A DNA stretch of 64,000 nucleotides from Camelus ferus. Its lineage: Eukaryota. Shown here in pieces: positions 48,064-59,451 of the stretch. The translations under genes and the position numbers were made by a program. The notes under the pieces are model-generated. The model was not told where the DNA came from. It saw only the letters and a list, made by a program, of their open reading frames with translations, and did no database searches. The DNA lies in assembly GCF_009834535.1 (NCBI RefSeq), contig NC_045696.1, forward strand, positions 43,030,001 to 43,094,000, given 5' to 3'. Positions within the stretch are counted from its first letter, which is position 1. Each line of letters begins with the position of its first letter.

Positions 48064-49027
48064 TATATTAGTTTTCTATCATTGCTATAATAAATAACCA
48101 CAAATTTAGTGACTTAGTGCAACCCAAACTTACTATCTTACAGTTCTGGGAGTCAGAAGCCATAAAATTAAGGTGTTAACCAGTCTGCTTTCTTTCTGAA
48201 AGCTCTAGGGGGGAATCTGTCTCCGTCCCTTGTGGAGTTTCCAGAGGCTGCTCACATTCCTTGGCTTGTGTCCTCCCAGTGAGCAATGGAATGAGTTCAA
48301 TCCCTGCTCAGTTTTTTGTTTTTTTGTTTTTTAGTATTTTGAGATGTAACTGACATCTACTGTTCCATCAGTTCAAGGTATACAGTGTGTTGGTTTAATA
48401 CACTTATATATTGCAATATGATTACCACTGTAGTATTAGCAGCAATCCCACTCCTGGATATATACCTGAAGGAATTAAAAATCAGTATTTCAAAAAGATA
48501 TCTACACACCCATGTTCATTGCAGCCTTATTCATAATAGCCAAGATATGAAAAAATTAAGTGCCTATCAATAGATGAATTGATAAAAAAAAAGATATGAT
48601 AGATACACATAGACACACACAGACATACAATGGAATGTAATTCAGCCATGAGAAAGAAAGAAATCCTGCTATTTACAGCAACATGATGGACCTTGAGGAT
48701 ATTATGCTAAGTAAGATATGTTATACAGTGAAATATAAATTTATCACTTACACGTCTTATCTAGAAAAGCCAAACTCCTAAAAACAACCTTTGTTTCTGT
48801 GTGGTTTCCTCCTCTAATCCTGACTTTCTTACCACCATCTTTAAGGACCTTTTAATTGCATTGGTCCTACTTGGCTAATCCAGCATAATCTCTCCATCTC
48901 AAAATTTTAAATTAATCAGATCTGCAGAGTCCCTTTTGCACTGTAAGACAACACATTAATGAGTTTGGGGAATTAGAGCGTGGGCATCTCTTCATCCTCT
49001 GAGGAGGTATTTTTCAGCCTACCACCA
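48064..49027 (-). mobile_element. MaLR (MLT1) solo LTR interrupted by an L1 insertion
   Basis: Runs tatattagttttctatcattgctataataaataaccacaaatttagtgactta ... taatccagcataatctctccatctcaa ... cagcctaccacca. The flanks tgagc/tgacc are a 5-bp TSD with one mismatch. Confidence 0.85.
48311..48786 (-). mobile_element. Short 5'-inverted L1 (L1MA-like) nested in the MLT1 LTR
   Basis: A poly-T and antisense 3' end (48311-48440) are fused to a sense ORF2-end/3'UTR piece (agcaatcccactcctggatatatacc...cccatgttcattgcagc...aaactcctaaaaaca). Confidence 0.8.
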
Positions 49028-50749
49028 TGACCAATAAGTATGTAAAAATTTTAGTAATAGCAGTCATGGTCTTACAATATCAACCAAAGCAGAGAAAGAA
49101 TATGCTTCTGTTACCAGAATCAGAATTTCAAGACTTTATGAAAACATTTGAATTTGGGAGAATTCAAATCTTGCTGTCTCCCTTCTGCTCACAAATTAAG
49201 TGATTTGAACTTAATCAAAAGATAAATCAGTAAATTTTTTCCAGAGGTTTAACAACAGGATTGGGACAAAGCCAATTGCAAAAAACTTCAGATATGCTTC
49301 ACCAAAAAATTCTAAAGCTCAATGTCTGATCCTTTTAACTGTTCAGGTCTTATGTCACTTGTTCTCAACACTAATATCACTGCTTAGAAGACAGAACCTT
49401 GTATAAATAGCTGAATACAAAAGCCTGAGTGTCAAATTCTGATGCTACTCAAGGACTTTTCTCAAGAACCCAAAGGAAGCCTTAAGGATGTCATTTTAAT
49501 ACATGATATTGATTATAACACATATATATGCATTAGTCTTTACAAAATGTTTTTACGTTCATTGCCTCTGTCCAACTTCACGGTAAGTCTGTGGGTTCAG
49601 TTAGGTAACTAGTATGTCCATGATCATTTTACAGCCAATAAAATTGTTCACCAATATAGACTCTTATAAGTAAGTAGTTGATCTTAGACTACAACTTATT
49701 TTATGATTCCTATTCTTAGTCAATTCTTAATCAAAGATATTTTGTGACCTTCTGCAATGTAACCTATTTACAAAATTTTCTGTATTTGTTTCGCAAACAA
49801 GGAACTGTTGAATGACTATAGCATAAATGCTTAATTTTGTTTAAAAATATATGCATGATTGAAAAAGCCTTCACTGGGCAAAACAATTACTAATTAAATT
49901 TGACGTAGAGGAGACTCTTGTAGTTATCAGTAACACATGTATCTTTATTTAGATATATACACATGTTTTATATATTAAAATAATGAAGTTCAGAGGAAAA
50001 ACATATTTTTGAATGAAGTATTAACTTCTGACGAAGTTTAAAAAAAATCTAAATGCATCCTTTCCTCCTTTTATTTTCCCTCATTTTCATCCTACCTTGG
50101 ATTTCCCTGTTTCTCCTCTGAGGTGGACCACCCTCGTATCCTAGTACTTCAGCCTTTCCCAAATACTAGCCCATGATTTTTCCTTAATTTCTTTATAATA
50201 GCATTATTATTCAGACAATAAATCAACATGTGTCAAACATTATAGCAAGCTCTGGAGTCCCCGGAGATAGAATGATGAAGGAAGCAGTCCCTGTCCTTCA
50301 AGAATTTATTAGCAACCAGGTGTGATCTACATGTGAACATAGCTGATTACAATAAAAGATAAAATGCAAGTACAGCAGGGGCAGAAAGATATAACTTTTT
50401 TATCATCATTCTTGATTTCTTGTTCTCAGTTACTTATGGGGTGAAGATTTCTGATAGAAGATTTTAAAAAAGAGGTTAAAATTATTTTTATCACTATTAT
50501 TGATATTGACTTACTCTTAACAGAAGGCTTAGTAGAAGAGGACGTATAAAGATGGCTTGATTTAATCTGAGGGCATGAAGTTTCAGGTTTTGCAGGAGAT
50601 TTATAGTAGTCCCGTCCTGTCGTACAGGGAGAAATTCTAGTACTGTTCAAATCACACGATAAAGCTACAGATTGGTAGAAACACCGAGTTCTGTCTATAA
50701 ATTTTTAGCACATGGTCCTAAGAACAGCATCTGATTAAGTAAGGTTAGA

Positions 50750-50921
50750 GCAGTGGTGCAAAAAAACCTCACTGTGCGTTTGAAGCTTGTGGAGTGCTTA
50801 TCAATGACTACAGAGATACCTGCTAGTTAATTTTGTTCATAGGGCTCAGGAATATGCCTTTATGAGAAGCAGTCTAGTCATTCTGACATATGGTTCAAAG
50901 AACTCACTTTGAGGAAAACTG
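50750..50921. mobile_element. MER5-like hAT MITE
   Basis: About 170 bp, bounded by cagtggt... and ...cactttgaggaaaactg, with internal gggctcaggaatatgccttt. Confidence 0.55.
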
Positions 50922-51377
50922 TACTGAATATCCACAGGAATAAAAAAAACAAGTAAAAGTTCTCAATTGTTCTAGCATTATGACCATGTACACATGTATC
51001 TCCTGACAATCCCTAACACATTCAGCAAATTGCCCATTCTATTTAGTCACTCAAATGCCTGCCACGTCTAAGCCAGGAATGAGGTCCTCAGGATCAGCAT
51101 AGTATTATTTGGCCCAGTTCTAAATCCCCTGATTGAGACAGTCATCTATCCGAGGCTGGATTTCCAATTTCCAGGAATTTAAGCTTGGCAGTCACATTGA
51201 TATATCCAGTTCTACATAGAAATTCTAGTGAATACTAAGACAAGCACATTTTCCACCTGAAATTCACCTCAGTCTAATGTAATGCTTGTTTTCCAGTTGA
51301 TTATTGATGGGACTGACAATTTTTTTTTTTTTTTGGCAAAGCCATTTGGATTGAATTCTCTAGGCAGATGGCTTACA

Positions 51378-51440
51378 AATGAGTGACATGTCACCACCTT
51401 CAGAATTTTCAATGAGTGACATGCCATTACCTTCAGATTG
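51378..51440. repeat. 33-bp tandem duplication
   Basis: aatgagtgacatgtcaccaccttcagaattttc is followed by aatgagtgacatgccattaccttcagattgc. Confidence 0.85.
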
Positions 51441-51921
51441 CATATTTTGCACATTTTCAGTCACTCATTCTTTGTCAGTCAATATTGTCCATTATCCATT
51501 ATATATATTTTAACACACACTGGCCTTCTATTGGAAGAAAACAGTATATTATATCCTCAGAGGAAAAAAATCATTTACAAAGAGGCTGAAAAATTCTCCA
51601 TAATTATCTCCAAAAGGTAAACCAGAAAAACCAGTATTGTGCAGCAGAAACAGGTGATGCAAAGAGAGATGGGTGAACAGCTGTTATTTTCCAGTGTTGT
51701 TTCCATTTTACTTTTAAATTCATTCACATGCATTTTAGGGAAATTAAATTTCCTCTATTTCGTATTAGTTTTCACTGACACAGGAAACTTTCATTAGGAC
51801 AACATTTTATGTTTGAAATCGTGCTCCTAGTATTTTGCTAATGAAGCTAATATATGAGTTTGAATTTACGAAGAAGATAGCTGCAGATAATACTAAATGG
51901 TTTTTGAATAGGTTATCTTCT

Positions 51922-52379
51922 CTTTTTAAAATTTTATTTTTTATTGAAGTGTAGTTGATTTACCATGTTAGTTTCAGGTGTACAGCAAAGCAATTCAGTT
52001 ATGCATATGCATACAGATATATTTTTTCTTTTCAGATTTCTTCCATTATGTTATTCTAAGGAATTGAATATAGTTCTGTGCTATGCAGTAGGTCCTTACT
52101 GTTTATATACTTTATATAGTGTAATGCGTATCTGTTAATCCCAAAATCCTAATTTATCCCTCCCCCACCCTTTACCTTTTGGTAACCATAGTTTGTTTTC
52201 TATGTCTGTGAGTCTATTTTTTGTTTGTAAATAAAATTTGTATGATTTTTTTTAGGTTCCACATGTAAGTGATATCATAAGATATTTGTCTTTCTCTGTC
52301 TGACTTACTTAATATAATAATCTCTAGGTCCATCCATGTTGCTGCAAATGGAATTATTTCATTCTTTATGACTGAGTAA
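51922..52379 (-). mobile_element. 5'-truncated L1 3' end (cetartiodactyl-type)
   Basis: ORF 52214..52495 contains the ORF2 tail IIPFAATWMDLEIIILS. TSD ttgaatag(g/a)ttatcttct at 51904-51921 and 52380-52397, followed by aaaa. Confidence 0.9.
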
Positions 52380-54136
52380 TTGAATAGATTATCTTCTAAA
52401 ATAAACAATGATGTGGAGAAAACACATAGAAAAATAAAATTTGAAGAGAAATGGTACCATTTTTTAAAACTTCTTAGTGCAGGAAAATAATCCAATCCAA
52501 TTATTCAGAGGCTGTTAAAATTAGAAAAAGAAGACCTGATTCCTAATATCGAGGAAGTTACAAAACCTTGATGTGATTCATTTTCTATTCTGCAAATAGA
52601 CCTCATAAGGTTTGCACTGTCCAAGTTATCAAGTTGTGCTGAGGATCACTTAAAGTAAGCCACTGTTTCCTGAAATTATCTAATGAGATGTCTCACTTGC
52701 TGTGATTATGGGAGATTTAACTGCCTAGACCCTTTCACTGGAGATTCTGATTTAGAGGGGAAGGAGTGTGACTCCCATGTGTAAATGCTAACATGAGGTC
52801 TGAGTGAATTTTACCATTAGAGGAGTTTAGACGATATTGAAAGGATCATTCCAAATTTTTTACTGGGAGAAAGTAAGCAGCCAAGGGTTAAAGGCAAGGC
52901 TAATACTTAGCCAGAATTGGTTGGCGTGGCCTTAGTGGTTACAATAGTGAAAGACTTCTGATCGTGTTTTCAAATAACCACTCCTGGCAGCAGCCAGTCC
53001 CTCCTCGGACCACAAGATCCTTCTGTTCCCTGTTTCAAACAAAACTGCTGCTGAAGAATTGGTGGCTGTCACAGCAGGTGGCCTGCAGGACTCTGCTCTA
53101 GGCTTTAGCTGCAGTTTTCCTGGATTAGCCAGTACCTGTGCCATATTGGTTGTTAAATATTTTTTATAATATCATGCTTGGATCAAAGCATATGTTTAGT
53201 AAATCCATGGAGAGTTTGTCTAATACGAAGCAAAATTGTGCATGGTTTCTGGAGAATGTAAATAAAGCTTGGAAACAAATGAGCAGCACAAAGACAGAGT
53301 GCTTGTGTTATTTCAGAGGTTTTTGTTTGGGAGCTAGGCTTTTTCCTTCAATTTCAGAACATATTTCAGGGGAAAATTTGTATTATCCTGAATAAATTTA
53401 GTCATAATGACAGCTAATAGGAAAGAAACAGTAGGCGAGAGAGTGTGGAGTCTTCAAGGTAGAACTATCAGCAAAAAGAGACAGACGGACAGACAGAGAC
53501 CTCTTCCTAGAAATACAGAATGACCAAACGTAGGCCAAACAATGAAATATGTGAAGATTGGGATTTATAGGCTATGAGGAATATGCTGTAAAGACAAATG
53601 TATTTTTGAGAAATTGCAGCAAGAGCAACAGAGCCTTCAAATAATTACTGAGTAAATTAAAAGCTTTTGAAACTGTGCTACAATATTGTATCATAAATAT
53701 ACAAGACATGCACAATCACTTTTCTAGAATTTCAGAAGCTTAGAGGTTTCAGAAGGTGGATGTGAACTTAGGCATGGCAGTGCAGTGAATAAGCATCACA
53801 GACAATTTTTAGAGAAGCAGCTGAGTGATCCTGAATTGCAGAAAAAAGAGAGGAAACATGGGAATCAACTGGATGTTGTTCAAAGAAAGTATCGACGTCA
53901 GAGCCTGTAGTCTTGAGACTATAATAAGAGAACTTAGGCCAGGGAGACGGGGTGTAGCATCCAAGAACACCACTTACAGGTTGGTGGGCTGGGAACCCAC
54001 ACAGAGCCTACATGGAAAACCATAGACACAGGAGCTATTGTTTGCAGAATTTTTTCTTTCATAGTCACATATGATTTATTTCCAGTAAAACTTGGGACAT
54101 CGCCATAAGTCATTGTTCAATTAGATCATTTCAGGA

Positions 54137-54355
54137 TTTTTTAAATTTTATTTTTAACTGAAGTGTAGTTGAGTTACAATGTGAGTTTCAGGTGTTCAGC
54201 AAGCAATTCAGTTATATACATACACACATTTTTTTTCAGATTCTTTCCCGTTATATGTTATTACAAGAAGTTGAATATAGTTCTCTCTGCTATACAGTAG
54301 ATCCTTGTTGTTTATCTGTTTTATATATAGTAATGCATATCTGCTGAGCCCAAAC
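54137..54355 (-). mobile_element. Short 5'-truncated L1 3' end, same family as 51922-52379
   Basis: tgaagtgtagttga..gtttcaggtg..gcaattcagttat..ttgaatatagttct..gctat.cagtag.tcctt is shared with 51945-52145. Confidence 0.88.
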
Positions 54356-55454
54356 TTGCAGGAACACTTTAAGACTTTTTTAGGTTTCCTCTGCCATGAC
54401 CTGTGACCGGTTAGAGTGCCAAGGACAAATGAAAAGGGAACATTAATGATCTCTTGCTAACACCCTGTTGAGGAGAATGCAATTGTTAAAGCTCACCTTG
54501 TAACTGAATGTGCCAACAATTAGTTGGGAATTTTAACTTAAATGCTTGGCATTTAATCTGTCCTTAGGTTAATGTGTGACATGATTAAGTTGTTTCCAGA
54601 TTATTCCCCTTTGCTTGTATTTGTAAATAAAGAAAACAAATTAGGTAATACATGAAGTAAAGATGCCTCAGTCTGGAGACCACACGGTTCTCTAACTACT
54701 GCGTTAGGGTCCAGAGTGGGACAGCTTGACTTCAACCACTTCTACCTATTTCTCTGTAAGTAGACCTACAGGTAAATTCGTGCGAAAATAGAAAAGTGTT
54801 AACAGTAAAATTGTTTGATTTCCCTGAGGTTGAGTTGTGCTATTAATGTTCAGATAGCTTTCTTCTCTTCTTTCAGCCTCAATAGCTAAATGCATTTAGT
54901 CGCACAGATCTCAGTTCCAAGTTAAACTGAAACTGCTGATGAAACCTATGTTTACTCACAAACGTGCCTGAGACTCAAGAAAGGAGCACATTTCTTTATG
55001 CTAAATTCGACAACAATATAAGTAGGACTCCTTGCTACTGAGTTCTCATTGTGTGCTCTAATCTATTTTTTGTTTGTTTCATAATTCATCGAGTAATTTG
55101 GGATATGATGTACGCTCATTGAAAATTTTATCTTCTTCCACCTCTTCTTATGGAAAATTGCTTCAGCTTCTAATTTTCTGTAAAGATTGACATTGTTCTG
55201 CTAAATCTCATTCCTATCCAAAGTAAAATATCTCCAAATCTACCCACTTCTGGCAATCCTAATTTACTATCTGTTTGTTTGACCCTACCCTAATTCACTT
55301 TCTCACATACTTCATTTCTCCGCTGTTAGTGAATGTTTTCACTGGATATTGTGTTTTTCTGCTACAAACATTCTAAAGTTTCTCACATGTTAAAGTTTTG
55401 TTTTCCAATCTAATTATAGGGAGACAATTCTCTTCTCCATGGATTTCACATTTC

Positions 55455-55913
55455 TGCATGTCTTACAAGCCAAGCATTGATTGACTTTATTTTGGACTAT
55501 CTTTTCAAGGATGTTTGTACAGCAAATAGCTTTGGAAGAAAGAGATAGTGTCTCCCTCTGGAGCAAAGGGAAAATTTTGTTACCATGCAATATAATAATA
55601 ATAATGTCTCCTTTCATGACAAAGGTCAAACAAGCTTAAGGCCCATTATAGATGGGTTCCCTAAGCTCTAGGCTCTTCCTATCTAATTAAAACCACTCTA
55701 TGTGCAAGCATCTCACCTGACTGTGAGAAGTAGGGCTCAGGGAACTCATGCAAATTACAAGATTCTGCTGATACAGCTACTTCTGTGAGTAATAAAGGTT
55801 TTTGTCTCTGACCCAGAAGTTTGTGTCTTCGGCCAGCATTTATGAAACTGTGAAATGATAACTTACTAGCTTGCAAATAGAGTAAATTCTCAGACCTTTT
55901 ACAGTTCTTGACA
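55455..55913 (+). mobile_element. Ancient ERV-type solo LTR (MER-class)
   Basis: Contains an internal duplicated 'tgtctcc' motif, TATA-like cccattataga and AATAAA at 55791. Ends ...cagttcttgaca. Homologous to 125-585. Confidence 0.75.
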
Positions 55914-56389
55914 GGAACATGCCCTTAAGGTATCATTTCATATTATTCTCTTTTTTTCGCCATCCTAGTCATCAAAGAGTAACCTACGTGCCCTGCTTCC
56001 ATTTGCTCATGCACCATACACTCTTTAACACAGGGAAGTCTAACTGCTTCCCCCTTACCATTGCTGAAATTTTTCTTCAGTGACACAAAATACACATTTT
56101 TTGTTGTATCCAGGGTTCTTTGAACAACTCCTAATAGTCTTTGCTCTTGCTCTGAAGCATTTGTTATGTTGATTATCTTGTACCACTTGAAACTCTTGAT
56201 TGTAGCTCCCCTCTTGGTCTTCTGTCAGTCCCTCTCCGTCGCCATCGCTGACCCCTCTCACTCACATCTCGTTAGAGAGATCATACTTCCCGTGTATGAC
56301 CATAAAGCTCTGGTTTTGATCAGTTCTTTGCTGATAATTCATTAGTAGCTTAAACATCTTCAGCTCAAAACCATATCTCCAAGTTTACC

Positions 56390-57050
56390 TTTTTCAAAGC
56401 CTTATTTTCACATCTGTACACTTGCTCATGACGTCTACCTAAATATCCCTGTCTGCAGTGTCTCAGACTCAGCACATACAAAGTCAGACATCTTTCAGCC
56501 TGAACCACCAAACTTACACATTTCTGGAAAGGATGCTATTATTCACCCAGTTACCCCAGTTTTAATATTGAGAAACATCTTTTATTTCTTTCCATATCTG
56601 TCTCTCTTGCTAATCCTTCATTATTAATTTTTTTTAATGTAGCTCCTTGTTTTTATTTGTTATCTCATTATCTTCAATCATTATCCTTCATTTCATCAAT
56701 CTCATTCTTGGTATATTACATATATTTCAAAACTGGGGATCTGTTTTCTATTTGATGTATTATTAAATTGGTGATGATTTACTTTCCCAAAATACAACCA
56801 CACTTTTTTTCATGTTCCAGCTCAAAAAATATTCTTACCTTTAGATGATAATCATCTGAAGTTGAAAATCATCACAATTATGTCCCAAGTTGCTTCTCCA
56901 TTTTCCTCTCCTACCTCTGCTCTAAATAAACATATTCATCATTCATTCAACAAAAATTGATTATTATCTATTTTTCAGGCATATTACTAGAACTCAGAAA
57001 GCAAAGATGAACATAGTATCTTGCCTATTCTTAAGTACTAAGGAAAATAA
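56390..57050. mobile_element. L2 fragments
   Basis: Sense L2 motifs (gacgtctacctaaatatccc..tctcagactcagcacatacaaa; attcacccagttacccc) and an antisense L2 tail (cattcattcaacaaaaattgatt) at about 56935. Confidence 0.5.
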
Positions 57051-57959
57051 ATACTAAGAAGAAAATTGAACAGGAAATACTATAATGAAATGTTGTAAAA
57101 ACATAGTGGCTTTTTTCATAATCTTGCTCATGTTGCTTTTCTGATACTGAATGTCACCTTTTTTTCTCCTCACTTACGTCTTATAATTTTATTAAGTTCA
57201 ATGTTTAGCTCCAGTTTTATTTCTATATGAGTTTTTCCTTCATGATTAGAGCTCTGTTAATCTCTGTAGTAATTAGTACCAACACCATTCAATTTAAACT
57301 CAGCATGAATGATTTCAATTGTTACTAATCTTTTTCTGTGGCTTTGGTTCTAATATATGTATAAGATTATAAGTATCTCTAGGCAACTACGTTCAACTCT
57401 TAGTAACAAAGAAAGGGTTTATTTTTCTTATGAAGCAGGAAAACTAGAATCGAGGATTTCAAACAGTTGAGTAATCAACTCAGTGATACAGAGGCTGAGA
57501 TGACTGTGATTTTATCAGCCTTTCAGCTATGATCTCAAGATACTACTCCAGCCATAACAAAAATCTTTTCCTTTAGCTAACTAATGGAAGAACAATGTGG
57601 TAGAAAGGTAGTGTCAAAATTAGGAAAAGAAAAATGTGCAGAGAGGAAGAATTCAAAATGTAAACATTTTTAAAAGTTCAGAGATATAAACGAGATTAAT
57701 GGGCCCAAAGTATATCTGGTAGCTATCCTGAGCTGCAAGAATTGTAAAAAATATAAACTGTAACTCGAACATGTTGCTACTCATTGAAAAACTGCATCTA
57801 TGAGGAAAGTGTACATTTGGTAGGTCACTAGTAGGATCTACCACAGAAAGAGTATTTCTGTTCATAACTACTAATATTTGGTCATTGACATTCAGTGTCA
57901 GTCATTAGAAGTGTGTCCTGTATTTTCTACCCTTTACCAGTAGATGTCTGTTTCCGTAG

Positions 57960-58915
57960 TCAAACTACCACAAATATATGTCAAAAGAAAAAATATTGAA
58001 AGCAACCAGAAAAAAAAAAGTTGCATAGTATTTAGGAGAACAATAAGAATTATGGGTGGCTGCTCAGAAAACTAGAGGACAGATGACAAGAAAATTCCAT
58101 TTTTAAAAGTACTGTAAAATATTTTTAAATACCAAAAAACATTTAAACTGTCATGTTGAAACTATCATTCAAAAATGAAAGCATAATAAAGTCATTTTCA
58201 GACAAAAGGTAAGAAAATTTGTCTCTAGCAGACTAATCATAAAAAAATATTAAAGCAACTTCTTCAAGTTACTATCTCTTTAAGACTTTAAAGATAGAAT
58301 GCTAGTTATGTATTGTAAGGTTTGTAAGTTGTAGATGTAAACTCTATGACAACAACACAAAAACTGAGAGACAAATGGAATTATGCCATTTTATATATCT
58401 TATATTACTGATGAGGTATTATAACATTTATTTAAAAATAGAATCTGATAAGTAAAAGATATACATCTAGATATACATCTAGAGAAACCACTAAAAAATT
58501 AGATATAGCTGAAAAGTAAATACAGAGGATGAAAATAGAATTCTGAGAAATAATTCAAAAGAGTGTAAGAATCTCGAAACATTGTGTTGAATGAAAAATC
58601 AAACATGAGTGTATCCTGTACAATTCCATGTATGTAAAGTCCAAAAATTAAGTCATACTTAGTCTAAGCTGGTAGGTATCAGACAGCATAGACCATAGTT
58701 GCCTGGTGGGTAGGGGGGTGGGTAGGGTGTTAGCACATGGGTTTGTGATCAGAAAGGACAAGATACAACCTTCTGGGGGAATGGAAATAATCTATATCTT
58801 GATTTGCATGGTGATAGTATGAATACACAATTGTCAGAAATCATCAAATTGTGCACAATATTTATAATTTCATTATACATAAATTTTATCTCAAAAATCT
58901 GAGTTAAAAAAAAAT
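57960..58915 (+). mobile_element. Ancient L1M fragments (ORF1 end/spacer, then an L1ME-like 3' end)
   Basis: Motifs aaaatattgaaagcaaccaga, aaactatcattcaaaaatgaa and cattttcagacaaa, then caaccttctgggggaatggaaataatctatatcttgatt. Confidence 0.7.
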
Positions 58916-58942
58916 GAGACTCTTTCATCAGCTGTTACAGGC

Positions 58943-59451
58943 TATATTAGTTTCCTATTGCTGTTGTTACAAATTAACACAAATTTAGTGACTTAAAGCA
59001 ACAAATTTATTATCTTATTTTTATAGAGGTCAGAGGTCCGGAATGGATCCACAGGGTAGTGTTCCTTCTGGAGGCTCTAGGGAAGGACCCACTCTTCTGT
59101 CTTTCTCAGCTTCTAGGGGCTCTCACATTTTTGGCTCATGGCCCCTTTCTCCATCTCCAAAGCCATCACTCCAACCTCCTTTTCCATCCTTACATCTCTT
59201 TTTTCTGACTTTTACACCCTTGCCACCCTCTTATAAGAACAATGTGAATTAATACATTGGCTCCCCCCAGTAATCCAAGATAATCTCCCCATGTTAAACT
59301 CCCTAGTTATACCAAATCTTCAAAGTCCCGTTTTGTCATGGAAGGTAATATATTCATGGTTGTTACAGTGATTGGGATCTAGACATCTCTGAGGTGAAGG
59401 CAAGGTCATGGGGGAAAGGCAGTAATGTGTGGCATCGTTCTGTCTACCACA
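58943..59451 (-). mobile_element. MaLR (MLT1) solo LTR
   Basis: Runs tatattagtttcctattgctgttgttacaaattaacacaaatttagtgacttaaagcaac ... ttctgtctaccaca. The flanks caggc/gaggc are a 5-bp TSD with one mismatch. Confidence 0.88.

Noticed and set aside
125..55913. Two same-family LTRs as the ends of one provirus or large element
   Set aside because: They are inverted, 55 kb apart and diverged, with no gag/pol between them. They are independent solo LTRs.
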